57,741 nt of DNA from a virus (Duplodnaviria; Caudoviricetes), in IMG/VR virus record IMGVR_UViG_3300042516_002128, positions 1 to 57,741 of that record; one strand, written 5' to 3'. Below, piece by piece: positions 48,753 to 57,741 of this stretch. The first letter of the stretch is position 1, and every line of letters starts with the position of its first letter. The notes under the pieces are model-generated. The model made no database searches. It was not told the origin of the DNA and worked only from the letters and a program-made list of their open reading frames with translations. The position numbers were made by a program, and so were the translations under genes.

Positions 48753-51596
48753 ATGGCAAATTCAAATAGAGTATTTGTGTCTCCAGGTGTGTACACATCG
48801 GAAAAAGATTTATCATTCGTAGCACAAAGTGTTGGGGTGAGTACATTGGGGTTAGTGGGTGAAACTTTAAGAGGTCCCGCTTTCGAACCAATTTTAATAA
48901 CAGATTTCGATGCGTTCAAATTATATTTTGGAGGTACATCACCTGAAAAAGATGGTAATAACAATCCAAAATATGAACTACCTTATGTTGCAAAAGCATA
49001 CCTTCAAGAATCTAATCAATTATTCGTAACAAGAATTCTTGGTTTAACAGGATATAAACCAGTTAAAACATTCGCGATTCAAACAATCGGTGGTGTTGAG
49101 GTTGGTTCATTAAGTGGAACCACATCAGGAACAACAATTCCATCAACAACAGGTATTACAGGTAGTACTTTCTACACTTTCTTATCAGATAAGAAAGCTT
49201 ATGATGGTAACACAATTACTGACTACATTGTTACAAACTTTAGTGGTAACACTTCAAGTAATAATAACGATTGGTTTGTTTTGGGTAATGTACCGTTTTC
49301 AGGAACATCAGGTTTAACTGGTACTGAGGTTATCTCACCATTGACAGGTTTGGACAATGCAAATAATTACAACTCAAAAGAGTGGTACAATACATTAGTT
49401 AATACGGCGGGTGATGAAGTTTACTCATACCTATTCGTTTATAATAGTGGAACAAGTAGATTCAATGTTACAGAATACACATATAATGCAACTACATATA
49501 GTGATTATGATGGTCAAGTTGTTGTTGCTTTCAGGTCAAGAGGTTCATACGCTGGTCAAACTTTAAATTTGGAAGTTACTGCGAACTCTAACTTTAATAT
49601 TTCTGGTTCAGATTTAGTGGTTAATCCATTAGCTGAATTTACACTTAATGTAACAGGTTCAACAAGTGGAGCTAAAACATTTACTTGTAGTTTAGATACG
49701 TCATCATCAAAATATGTTACAAAAGTTTTAGGTAATAGTGTGTATGATAAATCAAAAACTGATATTCCGATTTATGTTTATGAATCTTACCCAAATTATT
49801 TATTAAAAGCGTTTCAACAAGGTTATATTAGAGGTATCAGTTTAACTGAGGTATATAATACAGAAAACAATAACTTCTTAACAGAATGGGATACTCCAAT
49901 GTCACCGACTGTTGTTTCTGAAGTTAGAGGTGGTAACGTTGCAGATTTATTTGAAGTAATTACAATTTCTGACGGTGAGGGTGCTAACACACAACTTAAA
50001 ATTATGGTCATGAACATTGATATTGATACATATGAATTTGACCTTTTAGTTCGTGAATACTACGATACTGATGACAATATGGTTGTTCTTGAGAAATTTA
50101 CAAGATGTTCAATGAATCCGGATGTTCCGGGTTATATCGCTAAGAAAGTTGGTACATCAGATGGTGAATATGAATTGAATTCAAAATACATCATGTTGAA
50201 TATGGCTAGTAATCACCCAACAGATGCTTACCCTTCAGGATTCAAAGGTTTTGTGAATAACTCAAACTTTGGTGGTAGTACTGTAGGTTCTGTTATGTAC
50301 AAAACGGAGTACTATATTGCTGGTGATGTAACGGGATACAATTCTGATGGTTCACCAATTACAACTTCAGGTGACACAATTAGAAAAGTATGTTTAGGTT
50401 TCTCAACTCAATCAGGTTATGATGATGATTTGTTAAAATACAAAGGTAAGGCGGCAACAGATACAACTAAAGGTTTCCACTTATCAACAAACGCATCAAC
50501 AATTACAGGTACAACATATCTAACAACACCATACGATTTAGAAGGACAAACAGGAGCAGATAATTTCTTAACAAATATCAACAACCGTAAATTTACATTA
50601 GCATTATGTGGTGGATTTGATGGTTGGGATATCTATAGAAATGTAAGAACCTATGGAGATAGTTATATCTTCGGTAAGAAAACTTATGTTTCAGGTAACA
50701 CAGCTAATGGTGGTGTGTTCAGTACAGTAGCAACAAGTCCAAACTCTGACTACTATTCATACATTAAAGGTATTGATACTTTTGGTAACCCTGAAGCTGT
50801 TGATATCAACATATTCGCAACACCGGGTATTAATTTCTATGACCATAGTTCATTAACTTCTTACGCAATTGATATGGTTGAACAAGATAGAGCGGATTCA
50901 CTTTATGTAATTGGTTCACCAAACTACAGTACAGTTGATGAGGTGGTTGGAGCTTTAGATGGTGTGGCAATGGATACAAACTATTCGGCTACTTACTTCC
51001 CTTGGATTCAAATTAGAGATGTGGATAACGCAACTCAACTTTACATTCCACCAACAGGTGAGGTAGTAAGAAATATAGCGTTAACAGATAACGTATCATT
51101 CCCATGGTTCGCAGTCGCTGGTTATTCAAGAGGTTTGGTTAATTCAATTAAAGCAGTTAAGAAATTAACACTTGATGAAAGAGATGAACTTTATAAAAAC
51201 AGAATTAACCCAATTGCAACATTCTCTGATACTGGTACAATTATTTGGGGTAACAAAACACTTCAAGTAAGAGAATCAGCACTTGATAGAATTAACGTAA
51301 GAAGATTGTTATTAAGAGCAAGAAAATTAATTTCAGCAGTTGCAGTTAGATTGATATTTGAACAAAATGACGAACAAGTTCGTAATGAGTTCTTGAGATT
51401 AGTAAATCCAATATTAGACGCAATTAAGAGAGAAAGAGGATTATTTGATTTCCGTGTAACGGTTTCTAGTGACCCAGCTGATATAGATGCAAATACATTG
51501 AGAGGTAAAATCTTTATTAAACCTACTCGTTCACTTGAATTTATTGATGTTGAATTCATTATTACACCAACAGGGGCTTCGTTTGATAATATTTAA
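48753..51596 (+). CDS. Contractile tail sheath protein (gp18-like)
   Basis: VSPGVYTSEKD start; PWFAVAGYSRG, INPI, WGNKT, RINVRRLL, IKPTRSLEFI. Confidence 0.95.
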   Translation: MANSNRVFVSPGVYTSEKDLSFVAQSVGVSTLGLVGETLRGPAFEPILITDFDAFKLYFGGTSPEKDGNNNPKYELPYVAKAYLQESNQLFVTRILGLTGYKPVKTFAIQTIGGVEVGSLSGTTSGTTIPSTTGITGSTFYTFLSDKKAYDGNTITDYIVTNFSGNTSSNNNDWFVLGNVPFSGTSGLTGTEVISPLTGLDNANNYNSKEWYNTLVNTAGDEVYSYLFVYNSGTSRFNVTEYTYNATTYSDYDGQVVVAFRSRGSYAGQTLNLEVTANSNFNISGSDLVVNPLAEFTLNVTGSTSGAKTFTCSLDTSSSKYVTKVLGNSVYDKSKTDIPIYVYESYPNYLLKAFQQGYIRGISLTEVYNTENNNFLTEWDTPMSPTVVSEVRGGNVADLFEVITISDGEGANTQLKIMVMNIDIDTYEFDLLVREYYDTDDNMVVLEKFTRCSMNPDVPGYIAKKVGTSDGEYELNSKYIMLNMASNHPTDAYPSGFKGFVNNSNFGGSTVGSVMYKTEYYIAGDVTGYNSDGSPITTSGDTIRKVCLGFSTQSGYDDDLLKYKGKAATDTTKGFHLSTNASTITGTTYLTTPYDLEGQTGADNFLTNINNRKFTLALCGGFDGWDIYRNVRTYGDSYIFGKKTYVSGNTANGGVFSTVATSPNSDYYSYIKGIDTFGNPEAVDINIFATPGINFYDHSSLTSYAIDMVEQDRADSLYVIGSPNYSTVDEVVGALDGVAMDTNYSATYFPWIQIRDVDNATQLYIPPTGEVVRNIALTDNVSFPWFAVAGYSRGLVNSIKAVKKLTLDERDELYKNRINPIATFSDTGTIIWGNKTLQVRESALDRINVRRLLLRARKLISAVAVRLIFEQNDEQVRNEFLRLVNPILDAIKRERGLFDFRVTVSSDPADIDANTLRGKIFIKPTRSLEFIDVEFIITPTGASFDNI

Positions 51597-51605
51597 TAAA
51601 ATAAA

Positions 51606-51634
51606 ATAAAAAGGGAAGGTGTAAAAACCTTCCC
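51606..51634 (-). terminator. Hairpin with U-tract on the minus strand
   Basis: GGGAAGGT-GTAAAA-ACCTTCCC; the A-run lies on its left, so a U-tail exists only for leftward transcripts. Confidence 0.6.
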
Positions 51635-51642
51635 AACTTATA

Positions 51643-51658
51643 TGTTCCACAAGAAACA
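51643..51658. promoter_or_regulatory. parS-like 16-mer
   Basis: TGTTCCACAAGAAACA, 14/16 to the bacterial parS TGTTCCACGTGAAACA. Confidence 0.45.
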
Positions 51659-51703
51659 AAAAAAGTATAAAAAAAATAAAATTATATTACCCAGTATTTA
51701 TGC

Positions 51704-51797
51704 TCCAGTATACTAGAACTAGTATTTTATTATCTAGTAATCTTTTAACTAGTTTTAATAATCTAGTTAATTTATTTCTAGTACTGGATACTAGTAT
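51704..51797. repeat. Phased CTAG palindrome array / nested inverted repeats
   Basis: CTAG at 51713, 51719, 51734, 51749, 51763, 51778, 51791. Confidence 0.8.
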
Positions 51798-51916
51798 AGG
51801 AAAAAATACGAAATTTTTTTGACATAATCAAGTATTTCGTAAAAAAAAATTATTTTTCAATAGTTGTATATTTATAGGTAAGGTAAATAAAAAAAAATTA
51901 AAAACAAAATATAGAC

Positions 51917-52405
51917 ATGGCAGATTTATTAATGAAAATGCCGGTTCCATACGAACCGAAAAGAGTTAACCGTTTCATACTTAGATTCCCTTCTTCATTG
52001 GGTATCAACGAATGGTATGTGGCATCAACGGCTAGACCAAGTGCAAAAATCAATTCAGTAGCAATACCATTCATCAATACATCAACTTATGTTGCTGGTA
52101 GATTCGAATGGAATGAACTAAGAGTAACATTTAAAGACCCAATTGGACCTTCAGCGTCACAAGCGTTGATGGAATGGTTCCGTTTACATGCGGAGTCTGT
52201 AACAGGTCGTATGGGTTACGCTGCTGGTTATAAGAAAGACATTGAATTGGAAATGTTAGACCCAACGGGTGTTGTTGTTGAGAAATGGATTCTTCAAGGT
52301 ACATTCTTAACTGACTTGAACTTCAACGAACTTGATTATTCAAGAGATGATATTGCAACTATCACAGCGTCTTTACGTATGGATAGATGTATTCAAGTTT
52401 ACTAA
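51917..52405 (+). CDS. Tail tube protein (gp19-like)
   Basis: YEPKR.NRF, YVAGRFEW, LMEW, YKKDI.LEMLDPTG.VVEKW.L.G; follows the sheath gene. Confidence 0.9.
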   Translation: MADLLMKMPVPYEPKRVNRFILRFPSSLGINEWYVASTARPSAKINSVAIPFINTSTYVAGRFEWNELRVTFKDPIGPSASQALMEWFRLHAESVTGRMGYAAGYKKDIELEMLDPTGVVVEKWILQGTFLTDLNFNELDYSRDDIATITASLRMDRCIQVY

Positions 52406-52462
52406 TTTTATTATCAGTATTTTAAGTTTTTTACCAAAATACAAATGTCTATTTATATTATT

Positions 52463-52494
52463 AAGGGTCTTCCATATGGAAGACCTTTACTTTT
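52463..52494 (+). terminator. Hairpin after tail tube gene
   Basis: Perfect 20-bp palindrome GGTCTTCCATATGGAAGACC (52466-85) followed by TTTACTTTT. Confidence 0.65.
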
Positions 52495-52540
52495 ATATTG
52501 AAGTTTCGTAAATTGATATAGTTATAAATAAAACAAATTT

Positions 52541-53290
52541 ATGGAAGAATATAGAATTGACCCCACGATTGCATATGATGTCGTGGAATTACCTTCAAGA
52601 GGTATTTTTTACCCAAATAATAAAAAATCACTAAAGGTTTCTTATTTGACGGCTGCGGATGAAAATATTTTAGCGGCACCAAATTTAATTCAAACAAATT
52701 CAATTGTTACTGAACTATTAAAAAGAAAAATTTTGGACAGAGATTTTCCAATCGAAGATATGACTGAAGAAGATAAACAAACTGTTTTGATTTTTCTTAG
52801 AAATACCGCATTTGGTTCAGAATATAGTGTTACCTTAACCGACCCAAAAACTGATTTAGAATTTAAAGCTAATATTGATTTAAGTAGTTTAAATTTTAAA
52901 CCTTTTGATTTGGTTCCGGATAGTAATGGTGAATATCCATATTTTATGGAAAAATCTAAAATTGGTATTACTTTTAAATTTTTAACACCAAAACAAGAAA
53001 ATGAAATATCAGAAATTCAAAAAAGTTGGAATGGTAGTGGATATGCTCCAGTTATCACAAAACAATTAGAAATGATGATTAAATCTGTTGAGGGTAATAA
53101 AGACCAAATGAACATTAGAAACTTCATTGAAAAATTACCAATTAAAGATTCCCAAGACTTTAAAAAATATGTTTCAGAACATAGACCAGGTGTAGACCTT
53201 AAACAAACAACAAAAACCCCATCAGGAGAAGATATCCAATTTTATATTGGGTTTGGGGTTGAGTTTTTTCGCCCTTTCTACGGACTATAA
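52541..53290 (+). CDS. Tail assembly chaperone / T4 gp26-like hub protein
   Basis: VELPSRG..Y, LTAADENIL, C-terminal GVEFFRP; lies between tube and tape measure. Confidence 0.75.
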   Translation: MEEYRIDPTIAYDVVELPSRGIFYPNNKKSLKVSYLTAADENILAAPNLIQTNSIVTELLKRKILDRDFPIEDMTEEDKQTVLIFLRNTAFGSEYSVTLTDPKTDLEFKANIDLSSLNFKPFDLVPDSNGEYPYFMEKSKIGITFKFLTPKQENEISEIQKSWNGSGYAPVITKQLEMMIKSVEGNKDQMNIRNFIEKLPIKDSQDFKKYVSEHRPGVDLKQTTKTPSGEDIQFYIGFGVEFFRPFYGL

Positions 53291-53420
53291 GAAAAACCAA
53301 CTTTCAGAAATTTTATTCCTCGTTAAACGAGGATTCTCTTATGGGGACATAAATTCTATGCCAATTTATATAAGAAGATACTATATTGATTATATTTTGG
53401 AAATAGAAAACCAACAGTAA
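53268..53420 (+). CDS. Frameshift-accessed C-terminal extension of the chaperone (gp51/gpT-like)
   Basis: +1 frame reads FALSTDYKKNQLSEILFLVKRGFSYGDINSMPIYIRRYYIDYILEIENQQ*, with no ATG at its beginning. Confidence 0.65.
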   Translation, partial: FALSTDYKKNQLSEILFLVKRGFSYGDINSMPIYIRRYYIDYILEIENQQ

Positions 53421-53433
53421 TCTATTTATATGT

Positions 53434-55350
53434 ATGGCAAAAGATTTATCAAAATTAGCGAAAACCGCAAGTATTTCTGAATTTGAACAAGAATGGTGCG
53501 CACAACAAACCCCTCCTATAACATACGGGGCCATGACTTCTACTGACCATACGAATGCGGGTGCCGCTTACAATTACTATAAAACATTTAAAGATAATGG
53601 TAGTAATAATAAAGAAGGTAGTTTTATGGGTAAGTTGGTCGGAGTTGCTGCAGATTTAGCTAAAACACAAGAAGTGGATAACTCATATTCTGGTATACAG
53701 GATTCTTATATTAAAGCTAATGAAGCGATTAGTTCCTTAATTAATTCGGAAGGTAAACTTAACGATGTAAAGGTAATTGGTTCCAATTTAATAAAAGGTA
53801 CATACGAAAGATTTTTAGGATATTTAACAGAACAAACCGAACTACTACATCAAGTCAATGAGGGAACTAGTTTAACGGGAAAACTATCTGAGGGTGTTAG
53901 AGAAGAATTAACTAATAGTAGTGTTCCTCTAATGAAATATAAGATAGGGTTTCAAGAAATTGTTACAGCATCTTTAGATTTAACAAAAACAACAAGTAAA
54001 TTTAATTTAATTAATAGTGAAACATGGGACAAAGTTGGACAATCAGCTAAAGCATATGTTGGGACATTATCAGATTTAACAGCAATGTTACCTGCTTTTG
54101 AAAAAATTGGTTATGGTGCTAGTGATACTGCAAAACAAATTCAAATTTCAGGTCAAAGAATGATGAAACTTGGTTTAGATTCTAAATCAATGTTAAAAGA
54201 AGTTGGTGGAAGTTTAGATAAAATTAATCAATACGGATTTAAAGATGGTGTCCAAGGTTTGGCTAATATGGTGACCAAAGCAAAGGAATTTAGAATGTCA
54301 ATGGAAGAGACTTTCACAATTGCAAATAAAGTTATGGACCCAGAGGGTGCAATTGATATGGCGGCTAATTTACAGGCAATAGGTGGTGCGATTGGTGATT
54401 TGGGAGACCCATTAAAAATGATGTATATGGCCACAAATAATGTAGAGGGTATACAAGACGCATTGATTGGTGCTGCTCAATCTTTAGCGACATTTAATAA
54501 AGAAGGGGGTAAATTTGAAATAACCGGTATTAATATTAGGAAAGCCAAAGCAATGGCTGACCAAATGGGTATTTCATATAAGGAACTAACTCAAGGAGCG
54601 GTAGCTGCGGCTGAAAGGTCATCAGCGGCTATGTCAATGTTATCGAATGGATTAAAATTGGATAAAGACCAAACAGACTTAATTACTAACCTCGCCCATA
54701 TGAAAGATGGTAAAATGGTAATGGAAGTTCAAGGAGATAAAATGAGGGAAATACTTGGTCTTAAAAAGGATGTTAAAGAAGTTGCATTAGAGGAATTAAC
54801 ACAATCACAAGCGGAGTCTTTAGCTGAATATCAAAAAAGAGAATCTGAAAAAACACCTGAAGATATTATTAGGGGACAAGCAACCAACATTGAATTAGTA
54901 ACAAGGGATGTAAATTATATTTTAAGACTATTAACTGTTGAGTCCGGAAAAGCCGGAAAAAACACAATGAAAGCGTTGGGTGTTGATTTTGATGTTATTT
55001 CAGGTGAATCAAAAAAAATGAGAGAGTCAGCAAAAGGATATGTCCAAGCGGCATCCGATGACGTTAACTCAAAGTTAAACACAGTAATTACAGATAAAAA
55101 GGCAAAAGTAGATGGTGTCACATCAAAAGGTGCCGATGTTAATACCCCCCCTGATAAAAATAATGAAAACCTTACATCAAATAATAATCAGAATAAAGAT
55201 AGTACACTTAGTATTAACTTCAAGTCAGATGTTAACATGAATAAATTAGCGGGTGGATTATTAGAAATGCCAGGATGGAGTCAAAGTATAATGGATGCGT
55301 TGAACCCAAATGAATATAATGGACCGTTTACCACAATTAAAAGAGTATAA
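53434..55350 (+). CDS. Tape-measure-like protein
   Basis: Helical Ala/Gly/Met-rich; canonical position after the chaperone. Confidence 0.7.
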   Translation: MAKDLSKLAKTASISEFEQEWCAQQTPPITYGAMTSTDHTNAGAAYNYYKTFKDNGSNNKEGSFMGKLVGVAADLAKTQEVDNSYSGIQDSYIKANEAISSLINSEGKLNDVKVIGSNLIKGTYERFLGYLTEQTELLHQVNEGTSLTGKLSEGVREELTNSSVPLMKYKIGFQEIVTASLDLTKTTSKFNLINSETWDKVGQSAKAYVGTLSDLTAMLPAFEKIGYGASDTAKQIQISGQRMMKLGLDSKSMLKEVGGSLDKINQYGFKDGVQGLANMVTKAKEFRMSMEETFTIANKVMDPEGAIDMAANLQAIGGAIGDLGDPLKMMYMATNNVEGIQDALIGAAQSLATFNKEGGKFEITGINIRKAKAMADQMGISYKELTQGAVAAAERSSAAMSMLSNGLKLDKDQTDLITNLAHMKDGKMVMEVQGDKMREILGLKKDVKEVALEELTQSQAESLAEYQKRESEKTPEDIIRGQATNIELVTRDVNYILRLLTVESGKAGKNTMKALGVDFDVISGESKKMRESAKGYVQAASDDVNSKLNTVITDKKAKVDGVTSKGADVNTPPDKNNENLTSNNNQNKDSTLSINFKSDVNMNKLAGGLLEMPGWSQSIMDALNPNEYNGPFTTIKRV

Positions 55351-55397
55351 TAATAATATAGAAATTAAAAAACATCTATTTATAAAGTAAAACATAA

Positions 55398-57741
55398 ATG
55401 CCAACTTATTTAGATTTTGATACCAGTAGGAATAAATCGGGAATACCTGACTCCAAGGAAGGTTTTAGAGATTACTTAATCGCTAGAACTCTTAAAGTAC
55501 CTAATGGACCTCAGACTTTCACTAGTACGAACTATGAGGTACAAACACTAAGGGATATGCCAAACGTTGACCCGGGTGACGTAAAAACAAACTTTGCAAT
55601 TTATTATGGTAATTCTGCGGGTAATAATTTATACTTACCACCAAATAGTACAATAGAAGAATATATCGATACGTCTTTACCTGCTTTACAATCATTATAT
55701 AATGGTATGTTATTTGCTGGGTATGTTGATTCGTTTGAACCTCAAACAACTAATTTAATTAGTATAATGACGGGACAGAACTTTGATGAAGATTCAAAGT
55801 TAATGAAATTTGCTACAAGTAACATTAGAGATAATAGCCAAGGACCTGTTTTTGCAAGAATACAAAGGAATTTAGAGGCGGCAACCGTTGGTAGAGTTAG
55901 ACTTATTGATGCGTTGAATGGAAATACCTCAACTGCTTTAAATTTAATAACAGGTAGAGAACCATTAGTTGAATTTAATAATAGAATTACCGTATCATCA
56001 ACTTTATTAGGTAAAGGTATAGATTTTTTACAAACAGTAGCAGGTACACAATTACCTTTTAGTGAAATACCCGGTGATTATTTAACAAACCCAAGAAACC
56101 CAATACAAAATAGACCAGAAGCTAGAACACAAGCGGGAGCTATCTTACAAGATATCACAGGAGCAATTGGTTCAATGGTTGGAATACAAAGAAGACCAAA
56201 ACCGGGAAGAAAACCTTCCGATTTGTTTATTGAATATATGGGTCAAGGACCTAAACAAGTGTTATTTGATTTATTAACATATTCAAAATATGCACCTAAC
56301 TATACCACAACGGCTAGGTCACAACAATCATCTAAAATATTTCAATTTGCAGATAGAGTTGGGGAAGGCATCAAAAATTTATTAGGTCTCGAAGCGCCAA
56401 AAGGTGAGGCTTACATGGGTGATGATAGAAGTAACGACGTTAAATATACAATGTCAGACTTTAACGACAATATGGTTAAAAGTAGTTACTATCTTAGTTT
56501 AATGTTTGACCCCGTGGCTGCTGAATTATTTGAAAGAAAAAGAAACATTTCACAAGGTGGTCAGATTGGTGGTAAACTAACATGGATTAGCCGTAACTCA
56601 ATAAATAAATTAGGAGTAAATAATGCTGAATGGGGAGATGAATCTGGAAAATTAAACGATTCACTTTCTACCAAATTTACATTTAGACCCGATTCATTAT
56701 TAGATAAAACACAACAACTTTTGGATTCTATGCCAAAAGGTGGTGAAGGTTCACGTACTCACGTTGGTAACGTAATTGACCAAACAAGTAGAATATTCAA
56801 GGAAGGACAGACAGTAATGTCAAGAGGTTCTAATATTAAGTATGTAGATAAATTTTCAGGAGAAGAAACTGGAGTTGAATACTGTAGAGTATGGACAAAA
56901 GACAGGTCATATATGAACTATTCTGATACCATGAAAAGAACCGCAAATATTAGAAAATTTGACGATAGTGTTTTGGGAGGAGATAGTAGAGTTTGGAACA
57001 TAAATTACGCCCCAATGTCAGACGGTAAAGCAACTTTTCAAGGGGTATCTACAAACATAATTAAACAAGGTGATGGATTCTATGCTAAAAAATATATGTT
57101 CTCAATTGAGAATTTAGCTTGGAAAACATCAAATACACCGGGATTTACTTATAACGATTTACCATATTGTGAAAGAGGAAATAACGGAGGTAGAGTTATG
57201 TGGTTTCCACCATATGATTTAAAAATTAGTGAAAATAATAGTGCAAGATGGACGGATAACACCTTCTTAGGTAGACCCGAACCAATTTATACGTATCAAG
57301 ATACAAGTAGAACAGGTCAGTTATCATTTAAAGTGGTTGTTGACCACCCAAGTATTTTAAACTTATTAGTTAGAGAAGAGTTTAAAAACATGAGTGATGA
57401 TGAGGCTGAGAATTACATAAATGCGTTTTTCGCTGGTTGTATAGATTTAGATTTTTATGCGTTAATTAGAAAATATGCAAATTTAGATGCTAGTGATATT
57501 TCATTAATTAAATCATTTTTAAATAATAATAAAGAACCCGATACGATATTACAATATATGCCGGCGGTTGATAGTCCTGTTAATGTAGACCCATTACAAC
57601 AAATGTTCAACGCAACTGGTTCTGGTGATAATACGGGGGGAAAAGGAGGAGCAAAAGACATTATATTAAAATATGCAAATGATATACCAGGACCAAATTT
57701 ACAAACATTAGTATCACCGAAAAAATATAGTGATTTATTTC
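55398..57741 (+). CDS. Large baseplate/tail-tube-initiator-like protein (runs off the window)
   Basis: ATG 55398 MPTYLDFD...; contains MWFPPYDLKISE..ARW....FLGRPEPIYTY....R...LSF, a tube-initiator-like segment. Missing from the ORF track, consistent with no stop before the window end. Confidence 0.65.
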   Translation, partial: MPTYLDFDTSRNKSGIPDSKEGFRDYLIARTLKVPNGPQTFTSTNYEVQTLRDMPNVDPGDVKTNFAIYYGNSAGNNLYLPPNSTIEEYIDTSLPALQSLYNGMLFAGYVDSFEPQTTNLISIMTGQNFDEDSKLMKFATSNIRDNSQGPVFARIQRNLEAATVGRVRLIDALNGNTSTALNLITGREPLVEFNNRITVSSTLLGKGIDFLQTVAGTQLPFSEIPGDYLTNPRNPIQNRPEARTQAGAILQDITGAIGSMVGIQRRPKPGRKPSDLFIEYMGQGPKQVLFDLLTYSKYAPNYTTTARSQQSSKIFQFADRVGEGIKNLLGLEAPKGEAYMGDDRSNDVKYTMSDFNDNMVKSSYYLSLMFDPVAAELFERKRNISQGGQIGGKLTWISRNSINKLGVNNAEWGDESGKLNDSLSTKFTFRPDSLLDKTQQLLDSMPKGGEGSRTHVGNVIDQTSRIFKEGQTVMSRGSNIKYVDKFSGEETGVEYCRVWTKDRSYMNYSDTMKRTANIRKFDDSVLGGDSRVWNINYAPMSDGKATFQGVSTNIIKQGDGFYAKKYMFSIENLAWKTSNTPGFTYNDLPYCERGNNGGRVMWFPPYDLKISENNSARWTDNTFLGRPEPIYTYQDTSRTGQLSFKVVVDHPSILNLLVREEFKNMSDDEAENYINAFFAGCIDLDFYALIRKYANLDASDISLIKSFLNNNKEPDTILQYMPAVDSPVNVDPLQQMFNATGSGDNTGGKGGAKDIILKYANDIPGPNLQTLVSPKKYSDLF

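Noticed and set aside
1-57741. Stop-codon reassignment as in some large phages
   Set aside because: Core genes are full-length in the standard code and coding density is high.
1-57741. tRNA/rRNA genes, integrase, IS elements
   Set aside because: No cloverleaf-like or transposase/integrase signatures seen; intergenic gaps are short and AT-rich. tRNAscan was not run.

Overview
The whole window is part of one AT-rich, large T4-like myovirus genome with no host chromosomal genes. The host is probably Bacteroidota, inferred from a Bacteroidota-type ribosomal protein bS21, TAnnTTTG-like promoters and A-rich starts lacking Shine-Dalgarno sequences. It holds the head module (TerL, portal, bS21, prohead protease, scaffold, major capsid), neck/tail genes (gp13/14/15-like, sheath, tube, chaperone, tape measure, tube initiator, spike), a family-B DNA polymerase, a SNF2 helicase, a Clp ATPase, a gp55-like sigma factor, nucleotide-metabolism genes (dCMP deaminase, dUTPase, HAD, PhoH) and three glycosyltransferases. 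Most notable: (1) a ~320-bp non-coding element between sheath and tube with a parS-like 16-mer, seven phased CTAG palindromes, an antisense-facing terminator and promoter-like motifs on both strands; (2) a TATTTAT late-promoter motif that sits exactly 4 nt before ATG in six genes, suggesting leaderless late mRNAs; (3) an unannotated +1/-2 frameshift extension of the tail chaperone; (4) a shared scaffold-like helix plus (I/L)xE protease sites that may mark a set of head-packaged cargo proteins; (5) glycosyltransferases alongside Pro-Thr mucin-like virion proteins; (6) apparent GATC avoidance. All calls come from motif recognition by eye; no database searches were run.
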